Of a stretch of DNA of 60,874 bases, positions 16,796 to 25,660 are shown piece by piece; within the stretch, counting starts at the first letter, position 1, and each line of letters starts with the position of its first letter. The translations under genes were made by a program, and so were the position numbers. This DNA is from a virus (lineage: Duplodnaviria > Caudoviricetes): IMG/VR virus record IMGVR_UViG_3300012913_000002, positions 1-60,874 of that record. One strand, written 5' to 3'. Below the pieces are notes generated by a model, which worked only from the letters and a program-made list of their open reading frames with translations, was not told where the DNA came from and ran no database searches.

Positions 16796-19294
16796 ATGAT
16801 CTTGAACACCACATTGAAGCCGGGAACCTTGAAGGCTGAAGCAATCGCCCTTGCTGGCCGGGGTCTGAGCGTTTTTCCGGTCACTCCGCGTGGCAAGGAA
16901 CCGCTCGCGGGCAGCGCCGGGCACCTGGAGGCGACCACCGATCCGGCACTGATCGAGCGGATGTGGCGCGACAGCACCTTCGCCAACATCGGGATCTACG
17001 CCGGAGCCTCCGGGCTCTACGTGGTCGACGTGGACATGAACCCCTGGAAGAACAAGATCGGCGAGCAGACCTGGGCCGCGCTGGTGGCCCAGCATGGCCA
17101 CGTCGACACCTACACCGTCCGCACCTGGTCCGGAGGCCTGCACTTCTACTACCGGATGCCGGAGGGCATGAGCCTGCGCAACACCTCCGGCAAGGACGGT
17201 GGCCGGGGTCTTGGCCCGGACATCGACACCCGGGGCAACGGCTACGTGCTGGCTCCGCCGTCGTTCGTGCGGGAGGTGGACTCCACCGGGATGCACGAGG
17301 GCGTCTACAGCGTCGAGCACGACCTGCCGATCGCCGACCTGCCGCAGTGGATCATCGACCTGGTGCAGGACCGGCCAGCGCACGCACGTCCGGTGGCCGG
17401 GTCCGCACCGCTGGCGGCGGACGACCTGGTGCTGGCGCGGGTGCAGGCGCTGGCGGACGAACTGCGGGACGCTCCGGACGGGCAGGGCAACCACACCGCC
17501 AGCCGGATCGCCTTCTGGGTCGGGCAGTACGTCGGTGCCGGGCAGATCGACGACAGCGAGGCCATCGGCATCCTGCTGGACGCGGTGGCCGGTTGGACCT
17601 GGCGCTCGGACAAGGACGCGAAGGCGATGGACAGGACGATCATCAAGGGAGTGGCTGACGGAGTGAAGAGTCCACGCGCCTGGGAGCGCCCCATTGCCTC
17701 TCCAGCGCCCGTCAGTGCCCCGCTGGCGGCCCAGGAGGTGTCGGCTGCTGTCCCGGTCGCGCCAGAGGCTCTCAAGCCGTCACAGGCCGCTCCAGCCGAT
17801 CCTGAGAAGGAGGCCGAGCGGGACATCTCCGACTGGGCGACCGACCTGGGGCAGGCCTACCACCTTCAGGACCGGCTGCGGCCCCGGCTGCTGCACGCGG
17901 ACGGTGTCGGCTGGCATCGCTGGGACGGCACCAGGTGGGAGTTGATCAGCAACGACTCCGTCATGAACATGGCCACCCGCTTCTACCGCAGCCAGTTTCG
18001 GGCAATGCTCGACAAGTACCGCGACACCGAGGAGGACCGGTACTTGATCCTCGCCAAGGCCTACAAGTCGTTCATGAGTGGTGGCCGTCTGAGCAAGATC
18101 GTCAAGGTGATGGGGGTGATCGACGGGATCTTCGCGGACGCGGCCGACCTCGACCGGCACCTGGACCTGCTGAACACCCCGGCCTGTGTGGTGAACCTGC
18201 GCACGGGCGAGAAGATGCCGCACGATCCGGCGCTGCTGATGACCAAGGTCACCAGCGGTGGCTACCGGCCCGGCTACCGCCACCCCGACTGGGACAAGGC
18301 GCTCGCGGCGCTGAGCCCGGAGCAGGCGGCCTACATGCAGATCCGGATGGGGCAGGCGGCGACCGGCCACAACTCCAAGGACGTGATGTTCCTGGTCGGC
18401 ACCGGCAACAACGGCAAGAGCGCTTACACCACGGACGGCGTGTTCCCGGCGATGGGTGACTACGCGCACCTGGCGCAGCCGACGCTGATCAGCAAGGGCC
18501 AGGGCACGGGTGCGACACCGGACCGGGCTCTGCTGCGGGGCACCAGGTTCGTCCTGATCGAGGAACTGCCTGAGTCGCACGCACTTTCGGTCGAGGAGGT
18601 GAAGCGGATCACCGACACCGGGGTCATCACCGCCCGGCTGCTGAATTCCAACCCGATCACCTTCAAGGCCACCCACACCCTGTTCGTCACCTCCAACTCC
18701 CGCCCGTCCGTGGCGGAGGTGGACCACGGCACCTGGCGGCGGCTGCTGCTGATCGACTTTCCGCTGACGTTCTGCGAGAAGCCGGAAGGCCCGAACGAGC
18801 GCCTCGGTGACCCGACGCTGAAGCGCCGCGTGGCCGAGGGCAATGACGGCCAGCATGACGCCATCGTGACCTGGCTGGTGGAGGGTGCGATGAAGTACTT
18901 CGCGGACCCGATGCTGATGGAGATCGAGCGTCGTCCGCTGGAGGTGCGCGAGGCCATCCGGGCATGGCAGATGGAGGCGGACCGGATTCTGGCCTACTTC
19001 ACCGAGCGCCTGCTGCCGGACAGTGAGGCGATGGTCACCCGCGCCGACCTCTACTGGGACTTCTCGCAGTTCCTGGCCGGGCAGGGGCACGCGAAATGGA
19101 GCCAGGAGACATTCCTTTCGCGCCTGCGTACCCATGAGATCTTCCGCAAGGCGGGGATCGAGGAGGGTCAGCGGCGCACCAGCACCAGTCTCTCGCGTCC
19201 GGCCGCCGTGCTGAACACCTTCGGCAAGGACGTGCCGAAGGTCGGCGAGCGCAACCGCGTCTTCGTCGGCCTGAAGTTCCGCACCGACACCTGA
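16796..19294 (+). CDS. Bifunctional primase-polymerase (Prim-Pol) fused to D5/P4-type SF3 helicase
   Basis: GLSVFPV..GKEP, ANIGI, VVDVD, TWSGGLHFYY, DIDTRGNGYVLAPPS (Prim-Pol); LLNTPACVVNLRTGE..PHDP.LLMTK (D5_N); Walker A GTGNNGKS, GTWRRL. Confidence 0.92.
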   Translation: MILNTTLKPGTLKAEAIALAGRGLSVFPVTPRGKEPLAGSAGHLEATTDPALIERMWRDSTFANIGIYAGASGLYVVDVDMNPWKNKIGEQTWAALVAQHGHVDTYTVRTWSGGLHFYYRMPEGMSLRNTSGKDGGRGLGPDIDTRGNGYVLAPPSFVREVDSTGMHEGVYSVEHDLPIADLPQWIIDLVQDRPAHARPVAGSAPLAADDLVLARVQALADELRDAPDGQGNHTASRIAFWVGQYVGAGQIDDSEAIGILLDAVAGWTWRSDKDAKAMDRTIIKGVADGVKSPRAWERPIASPAPVSAPLAAQEVSAAVPVAPEALKPSQAAPADPEKEAERDISDWATDLGQAYHLQDRLRPRLLHADGVGWHRWDGTRWELISNDSVMNMATRFYRSQFRAMLDKYRDTEEDRYLILAKAYKSFMSGGRLSKIVKVMGVIDGIFADAADLDRHLDLLNTPACVVNLRTGEKMPHDPALLMTKVTSGGYRPGYRHPDWDKALAALSPEQAAYMQIRMGQAATGHNSKDVMFLVGTGNNGKSAYTTDGVFPAMGDYAHLAQPTLISKGQGTGATPDRALLRGTRFVLIEELPESHALSVEEVKRITDTGVITARLLNSNPITFKATHTLFVTSNSRPSVAEVDHGTWRRLLLIDFPLTFCEKPEGPNERLGDPTLKRRVAEGNDGQHDAIVTWLVEGAMKYFADPMLMEIERRPLEVREAIRAWQMEADRILAYFTERLLPDSEAMVTRADLYWDFSQFLAGQGHAKWSQETFLSRLRTHEIFRKAGIEEGQRRTSTSLSRPAAVLNTFGKDVPKVGERNRVFVGLKFRTDT

Positions 19295-19447
19295 CAAGCA
19301 ATTGACAGATCCTTGTCACCTGCGATAAACTGCCAGGTCAGACCACGATGGGAGACCTATGACTCACACCTGTTCCTGCGGCCTGGAGTGGCGTTCCAAC
19401 TCCGGCCGCGACCGTTGCCAGTCCAAGCATGAGGAGAAGGTGGACGC

Positions 19448-20043
19448 TTGAAGATCATCATCAAGTCCCTCAGCGACTTCACCAACGACCCCGAGGACTC
19501 GGCCACTGGTTGGCCGCCGCCGCTGAACTTCATGCGGCAGGGCTGCCGGACGGACGGCATCGGGGTCTGGGTCGAGAGTGGCGGACGCTTCCTGGAGGAG
19601 GCGCACAGCATGTACGCCGCCCGGGTGGCCCACCACGCCGACTTCCTGATCGATCAACTCGGCGTCGGCGAGCATGAAACCACGGCGGCCGACACCAGGG
19701 CATGGGGGATTTGATGAGCGGTGAGGGAACAGTGAGCGAGGACATGCCGGAGATCGAGGAGTGCGGCCCGGAGCCGACGTTCGAGATGGACGCGGACGGC
19801 GTCACTACGCTGAATTGGCACGGGGAGCGGCCCGAAGTCGTGATGATGAGCAGCGATTCGATCGAGGCCATCGTTGAGGCGCACAACGAGATGATCCGCA
19901 AGATCACGGCGCTGGAGTTCCTGGTGGCGATCTACCGGCTCGGCCGCAGGCCCAACGCCGCCGACTGGAAGGCCGCTGGCTACCCCTGGAAGATCGATCC
20001 GGACGTGCGGATCGACATCATGCGGCGGAAGGTGGGGCCGTGA
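19448..20043 (+). CDS. Two small hypothetical ORFs (19448-19714, ~19714-20043)
   Basis: Coupled ORFs downstream of the TTGACA(19302)-18-TAAACT promoter. Confidence 0.45.
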
Positions 20044-20189
20044 AGATCGTGCTCTATGACGATAAGGGCGTCCAGCAGGACGACATCGAAACTCCGGCTG
20101 AACTGGCTGAAGAAATGATGGCCGCCGCCAGGAAGGTCCTGCACTCCACGCGCTACTGAACTGTCGTACCCCCCTGGGAGACTTGCCTT

Positions 20190-21359
20190 ATGGATGATGA
20201 ACCGTACGACAAGTACGCACGTGTCAAGCCTTCCTCCAAGGGTATCCCTGCCCTGCTGAATCCTGCGGACCGCGAGGACCCGGACCGGCCGCTGCGGACC
20301 GAGGATCTGATTCCCCGTCACGGCAGCCACGGCACGCCGAAGATCTGGTTGCCGGACGGGAGCGGGATGGAGTACTACGGGCGGCCTTCCGGCTGGGGCC
20401 AGGACGTGGAGAACGCCGAGCGGCTGGCCGCCTGGCGGGTCCGCAAGACCGTGGAGGGCTACCTCGACACCGGCCAGCAGGGGCTGACCCTGCGCGGTGA
20501 GCGGTCGGTCCTGGCTCCGCCGGACGAGGACAAGGGCGGCCACGACAAGATCAACGAGAAGGCGAAGAACCTCGTGTTCGACGCCGACCGCCAGGGCACC
20601 ATGAAGCACAAGATGACCGAGAAGTACGACCTCGGCATCCCCTTCAGTGTGGTGGACGAGTATGAGCCGGTGCTCGAAACCTGGGTCCGGCTCACGAAAT
20701 ACATGGTGATCGTCGACCTGCCCACCGGCCAGCCGGGCGTTGAATGCTTCGTGGCGATGGATCGTCAGCGCCTCGACATGAACGGCGAGCCGATGTTCCA
20801 CCCCGACGGTGAGCCCATCATGATCCGGCTGGCCGGGACCTTCGACCGGTTGCTGCGTTACATCCCCTGCCCGATCTGTGGCTGCCGCAACTACATCGCG
20901 GACCTGAAGACCTCCAGCGCCAAGGGCCTGAAGTACGCGCAGCGCAAGTCGGGCATCCAGTTGGGCATCTACAGCCGCGCCAAGTTGTACGTGCCCTGGT
21001 CCGATGGGTTCGGTGCCGACCGGTTCGACCTGCCGGACGTGTGCCTGCATCGCGGCATCCTGATCTCCATCCCACCCGACGGTGAAGGTTCCATCCACTG
21101 GATCGACATCGCTCGCGGATACTTCCGGGCCGTCTCCCTGATCCCCTGGGCGAAGGAGCACCAGAAGGAGAACGACTGGATGCGTGAGTTCACCCCGGTC
21201 CCGAACATGTGGACCGAGATCGACCGTGCCAGAACGGTTCCCGAGGTGCAGGCGCTGTGGCGTCAGTATCCCGGTGAGCAGTGGACCGAGAACGACAATG
21301 CTCTGACCCATTACGCCTCGGCTCGTATCGAGGCACTGAACCAAGGAGTGGTCGTCTGA
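20190..21359 (+). CDS. PD-(D/E)XK (Cas4/RecB-like) exonuclease
   Basis: GTMKH, VECFV, LAGTFDRL, IADLKTS, QLGIYS; internal CPICGC. Confidence 0.75.
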   Translation: MDDEPYDKYARVKPSSKGIPALLNPADREDPDRPLRTEDLIPRHGSHGTPKIWLPDGSGMEYYGRPSGWGQDVENAERLAAWRVRKTVEGYLDTGQQGLTLRGERSVLAPPDEDKGGHDKINEKAKNLVFDADRQGTMKHKMTEKYDLGIPFSVVDEYEPVLETWVRLTKYMVIVDLPTGQPGVECFVAMDRQRLDMNGEPMFHPDGEPIMIRLAGTFDRLLRYIPCPICGCRNYIADLKTSSAKGLKYAQRKSGIQLGIYSRAKLYVPWSDGFGADRFDLPDVCLHRGILISIPPDGEGSIHWIDIARGYFRAVSLIPWAKEHQKENDWMREFTPVPNMWTEIDRARTVPEVQALWRQYPGEQWTENDNALTHYASARIEALNQGVVV

Positions 21360-21595
21360 TGGACAGCAACGACAGCAGGCAGATCAAGGCTTACGACGAG
21401 GCGGAGCGCCTGCTCCGCCTCGCGGGTGACCTGACTAACCAGATCCAGACCGGCAAGATCACCGGCTCGGCCCGCGAGCCCGCACACCAGCGGATCAGCC
21501 ACCTGGAACAGCAGGCGGTCGGCTGGGCACTGCTGGCCGGGATTCGCCTGCCGGAACGCATTGGCCCATCTGCACACGAGGAGGAGAAGGCATGA
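21359..21595 (+). CDS. Hypothetical protein
   Basis: ATG overlaps the exonuclease stop. Confidence 0.5.
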   Translation: MDSNDSRQIKAYDEAERLLRLAGDLTNQIQTGKITGSAREPAHQRISHLEQQAVGWALLAGIRLPERIGPSAHEEEKA

Positions 21596-22128
21596 GCGCC
21601 ACCAGGGATCTTCAGGACGATCTGCTGGAGGCCCAGCAGGCGATCGTGGCGATCAGCGTCTGGCTGGACGACTATCCACCGAACAAGGCCAAGGACCCGC
21701 TGGCGGCATTCCTGCTGCGGTTCATGAAGGTCTTCGAGGAGGCTGGTGAGATGGTCGGCGAGATCATCGGCATGACCGGTCAGAACCCCCGCAAGGGAGT
21801 CACTTCCGACCTGGAGAAGGTGCTCGACGAAGCCTGCGACGTCATCATCACGATGCTCGGGGCGATCGAGACGGCCACCCAGAACCAGGGCGAGGCTTTC
21901 CCGCGCCTGTTCGAGAAGATCGAGAAGGTGCATGACCGGATGCAGGCACTGCCCTCAGCCGACGAGATCCCCAGCGACGTCAAGATCGATAAGTTCCTGG
22001 ATCGTGAGCCGATGCAAGAGAAGGTTCACGATCACTCGGATACCGATCCGTGGTCGAAGGATGGTTTCGATCGGCCGACCGCGTACATCGACGGCTGCGT
22101 CATCGAAACTGTCGGACCCCCCGACTAA
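21592..22128 (+). CDS. MazG-like nucleotide pyrophosphohydrolase
   Basis: KVFEEAGE...GQNPRKG...DEACDVIIT (EExxE...ExxD). Confidence 0.8.
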   Translation: MSATRDLQDDLLEAQQAIVAISVWLDDYPPNKAKDPLAAFLLRFMKVFEEAGEMVGEIIGMTGQNPRKGVTSDLEKVLDEACDVIITMLGAIETATQNQGEAFPRLFEKIEKVHDRMQALPSADEIPSDVKIDKFLDREPMQEKVHDHSDTDPWSKDGFDRPTAYIDGCVIETVGPPD

Positions 22129-22201
22129 AATGAGACCAACGACAGAAGAGTTGCAGCGCCTCAATCAGCAGGCGTTCGACATGACACAAGGAGGCCCAAT
22201 C

Positions 22202-23269
22202 ATGGGATACGGGAACCGCAGTAACGGTCTGACGCCCAAGCCGGTGCAGAACCAGATCGACCACATCGCCATCGTGATCGACGCCAGCAGTTCGATGAAC
22301 CGCTTGCAGGGCGCGGTGATCCGGGTGGTCGACAACCAGATCGCTTACCTGGCGCGGCGTTCCAAGGAACTGAACCGTGAGGTCCGGGTGTCGGTCTACA
22401 CGTTCGACACCATCGTGGAGTGCCGGATCTTCGACAAGGACGTCCTGCGCCTGCCGTCGATCGCCGACTTCTACCGGCCCAACGGCATGACCGCGCTGGT
22501 GGACGCCACCATCAAGAGTCAGGAGGATCTCGCCACCACCTCCACGATCTACGGCGACCATGCCTTCCTCACGTTCGTGGTGACGGACGGCCAGGAGAAC
22601 CGCTCCAGCCGCACCCCGGGCGCGTTGCGGCGGATTTTCGAGACCCAGCCGGAGAACTACACGGTGGCGATCCTCGTGCCCGACCACCAGTCGGCCGACG
22701 AGGCTGCCCGCTGGGGCTTTCCGCAGGACAACATCCGCCCGTGGGACGCCACCTCCGTGGCAGGTGTCGAGGCCGCTGGCAGCACCATCAACACCGCCAC
22801 CGAGAACTTCTTCTCCGGCCGGGCCAAGGGCCAGCGTGGCTCCCGCGCGATCTTCTCCACTGGCACCGACACGGTGAACGCCGCCACGGTGAAGTCGACG
22901 CTGACTCCGCTGGCTTTCGACAAGTACCGGCTGATCCCGGTGATGCCCGAGGGCGTCACGAAGGACACCAAGGTCCGTGTCGACAACTTCATCAAGAACG
23001 ACTGTGGGATGAAGTTCGAGTTGGGCAAGGTCTACTACCAGTGGAACAAGCGGGAGAAGGTCCAGCCGCAGAAGCGCCTCGCGGTCGTGGAGAAGAAGAC
23101 GGACAAGGTGTACGTCGGCACGCAGGACGAGGTCCGCGCGATGATCGGTCTGCCGGACATGACGGTCAGCCAGAAGGCTGACCCCAACCCGGATTTCGAC
23201 ATCTTCGTGCAGTCGACGGCCCCGAACCGGAACCTGGTGCCGTACACCAAGGTCCTGGTGATGGTGTGA
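22202..23269 (+). CDS. von Willebrand factor A (vWA) domain protein
   Basis: MIDAS motif IVIDASSSM, GMTALVDA, VVTDGQEN; AGGAGG RBS before ATG 22202. Confidence 0.85.
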   Translation: MGYGNRSNGLTPKPVQNQIDHIAIVIDASSSMNRLQGAVIRVVDNQIAYLARRSKELNREVRVSVYTFDTIVECRIFDKDVLRLPSIADFYRPNGMTALVDATIKSQEDLATTSTIYGDHAFLTFVVTDGQENRSSRTPGALRRIFETQPENYTVAILVPDHQSADEAARWGFPQDNIRPWDATSVAGVEAAGSTINTATENFFSGRAKGQRGSRAIFSTGTDTVNAATVKSTLTPLAFDKYRLIPVMPEGVTKDTKVRVDNFIKNDCGMKFELGKVYYQWNKREKVQPQKRLAVVEKKTDKVYVGTQDEVRAMIGLPDMTVSQKADPNPDFDIFVQSTAPNRNLVPYTKVLVMV

Positions 23270-23724
23270 GCATTGTTCCGATCGGCGGGGTCGCCAGCAT
23301 CCGTGCTGGCGGCTCCGCCCCGGCGCTCGCGGGCCAGATCCTGCGTGGTGACGCTGGTCCGCAGTTCCCGGCCAGGATGGGGATCGGCGGCCCGCTCGAC
23401 GGTGTCGTGCTCCGCTCGAACAGCACACGGCTGGACTACCGCAAGCCGATCGTGACCGTGGTGCACGACATCGAAACCCTCGACACCAAGGTCGGCGTGG
23501 ATGCGCCGCCGATCGTCACCTATCTGCCGAAGATCATGAACGTGGTGCCGTACCGTTCCTACCGGATCTGGGTGCAGGAGAAGGATTGGCACCCGATCTT
23601 CGACGAGGACTACCCGGACCCGTCTCGGAACGAGTTCCTGTGGCAAAGATTTCGTGAGGAGGTGATCCAGCGGCTGATTGACGCCGCACCGGAGGACAAT
23701 CGGGCCTGCCGCCAACTGCCGTAG
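23266..23724 (+). CDS. Hypothetical protein
   Basis: GTGA overlap with the vWA stop. Confidence 0.45.
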   Translation: MSIVPIGGVASIRAGGSAPALAGQILRGDAGPQFPARMGIGGPLDGVVLRSNSTRLDYRKPIVTVVHDIETLDTKVGVDAPPIVTYLPKIMNVVPYRSYRIWVQEKDWHPIFDEDYPDPSRNEFLWQRFREEVIQRLIDAAPEDNRACRQLP

Positions 23725-23790
23725 TTGACAAGCGCCTGCTATACTTCTCATGTACCACTGAAAACCCGCATAAACAATGGAGGCTCAATC

Positions 23791-24522
23791 ATGAGCGAGT
23801 ACGACGACGACGCGTACGACAAGTACGCGGACAACAGCAGCGGCGATTTCGCCCCGGTCGTTTCCTGGAAGGGCATCCAGGACGGCGACGGATTCACCGG
23901 GGTCCTGCTCCCGGTCGACCCGCTGGGTGACCCCACCAAGGGACACGAGCCCCGGCGCGAGTACAAGCAGCCGAACGAGAAGGAGAACGAGCCGGGCGGC
24001 TTCACTCGCTGGCCCCCGAAGAACAACAAGCAGAAGATCACCCAGCCGGTCAGCGAGGCTAAGTTCGCCGAGTTGTGGCCGGACCTGGATGTGAACGAGG
24101 CCCGCAAGGTGTGGCAGCCTCACTTCACGTTCGAGACCGGCATCACGGACGGCAAGTTCATCTCCAAGAAGACCAAGAACCGGATGGTGGAGGCCGAGCA
24201 GGACCCGAACGCGGAGACCCGTCGTCGGCTCATCGAGCAGGGCAAGGATCTCATCACGAAGATCGAGGCTGCACTGGCGAAGGTCGGCCGCAAGCCCCAG
24301 GTCGGCCAGACGTGGCGGGTCGGCATCTCCGAGCGGGTGGAGAACAAGTACGGCGGCGAGACCACCATTTACACGGTGGACATCAAGGCTCCGACCGACG
24401 AGAGCCGCGCCGTCGTCGCCAAGTACATCGCCGACGCCAAGGCCAAGGCTGCCGAGAATGCTCCTGTCGCCGAGGGCGACAAGTACGCCACGGTGGGCTC
24501 CGCCGAGGAGCCCCCGTTCTGA
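23791..24522 (+). CDS. Putative single-stranded DNA-binding protein
   Basis: Acidic N-terminus, OB-like core, acidic C-terminal tail ending EEPPF; own promoter (TATACT) and GGAGG RBS. Confidence 0.5.
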   Translation: MSEYDDDAYDKYADNSSGDFAPVVSWKGIQDGDGFTGVLLPVDPLGDPTKGHEPRREYKQPNEKENEPGGFTRWPPKNNKQKITQPVSEAKFAELWPDLDVNEARKVWQPHFTFETGITDGKFISKKTKNRMVEAEQDPNAETRRRLIEQGKDLITKIEAALAKVGRKPQVGQTWRVGISERVENKYGGETTIYTVDIKAPTDESRAVVAKYIADAKAKAAENAPVAEGDKYATVGSAEEPPF

Positions 24523-24640
24523 TCTGACTGGCGAGCGCAAGTCGGAGGATCTGTCCCCGTCGTACCCTCCGGCTACTCAGCGGCGTGGCCCGGCCGTGTG
24601 CACACGGGCACCTAATCATCAGCGAACAGAGGAGCATCAC

Positions 24641-24994
24641 ATGGCCAAGGTCAAGGCGTTCGACCCCAGCAAGGCCCGGCTCGAAGCCGAGAAGACGGTC
24701 ACGGCGGCCGAGGCGGAGATCGCCCGGTTGCAGACCAAGGTGGAACCGGCCAAGAAGAAGGTCACCGAGGCCGAGCAGAAGCAGAAGGACGCGGCTGCCG
24801 CCAAGCAGAAGCAGGTGGACGTGGCCAAGACGAAGTTGAAGGAGATCAACGACGGCATCGCCGAGCAGGAGGCGCTGATCAAGCGGGCGCAGGAGTACCT
24901 GGCGGCGACGGCCAACCTGGAGGCCACCGCCGTCGCGGTCGACGCGGCTCCGGCCGGTGAGGTCGTCGACAACGGCGAGCCTGCCGTCGTCTGA
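24641..24994 (+). CDS. Lys/Ala/Glu-rich coiled-coil protein
   Basis: GAGGAG RBS; heptad-rich sequence. Confidence 0.6.
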   Translation: MAKVKAFDPSKARLEAEKTVTAAEAEIARLQTKVEPAKKKVTEAEQKQKDAAAAKQKQVDVAKTKLKEINDGIAEQEALIKRAQEYLAATANLEATAVAVDAAPAGEVVDNGEPAVV

Positions 24995-25004
24995 TTCAAT
25001 CCGC

Positions 25005-25038
25005 AGGGCCGGGCATCTTCGGGTGCCCGGCCCTTTTG
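25005..25038 (+). terminator. Rho-independent terminator
   Basis: AGGGCCGGGCATC-TTCG-GGTGCCCGGCCCT followed by TTT. Confidence 0.85.
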
Positions 25039-25051
25039 CGTTGGGAGAAAC

Positions 25052-25624
25052 GTGGCAACGAAGATGTGTGGCCGGTGCCGGGTCACGAACAAGGCTCCAG
25101 GGAAGCAGAAATGCCATGAGTGCCTGATGCTGGAGCAGCCTGCGCACGTTCAGGAGATGGACGCGGAGCGCCGTCTGTCGTACGTTCCGATCGCGCTGCG
25201 GCGTGCACAGGTACCGAAGGCGGAATGGCCGATGGGCCGCCGCTGGTGCTCCGGCTGCCAGTCCTTCCGGCGCATTGACGACTGCGTCGGCTCCCGCTGC
25301 CAGGTCTGCAACAGCCGGGCCGCGTGGGAGGCGATGCTGCCGCGCACGTATCAGATCCACGGACGCCCGTTCACCGCTGACGACTACCGCGAGTTGTTCC
25401 GCCTCCAGGGTGGCCGGTGCAAGACGTGCGGCAGGAAGTCCACCTCCCGGCGTCTGGCCGTGGATCATGATCATGAGACCGGCCAGGTGCGCGGCCTGCT
25501 CTGCCCGGACCCTGAATGGGGCTGCAACTACGGCATTCTCGCCAAGATCAAGACACCGGAGATGGCGTATGAGATCTGGCAGTACATGCTGAAGAACTGG
25601 GCCGAGTCGGTCATCCCGAAGTGA
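25052..25624 (+). CDS. Recombination endonuclease VII family protein with extra Zn fingers
   Basis: QGGRCKTCG...LAVDHDHETGQVRGLLC...CN. Confidence 0.85.
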   Translation: MATKMCGRCRVTNKAPGKQKCHECLMLEQPAHVQEMDAERRLSYVPIALRRAQVPKAEWPMGRRWCSGCQSFRRIDDCVGSRCQVCNSRAAWEAMLPRTYQIHGRPFTADDYRELFRLQGGRCKTCGRKSTSRRLAVDHDHETGQVRGLLCPDPEWGCNYGILAKIKTPEMAYEIWQYMLKNWAESVIPK

Positions 25625-25660
25625 GTTGACAACTCCTTGACAAGGAGGTAGGCTCGTTGC

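Noticed and set aside
20190-21359. Cas4-like nuclease as a sign of a CRISPR-Cas system
   Set aside because: Stand-alone PD-(D/E)XK exonucleases are routine in actinophage replication modules, and no other cas gene or array is present.
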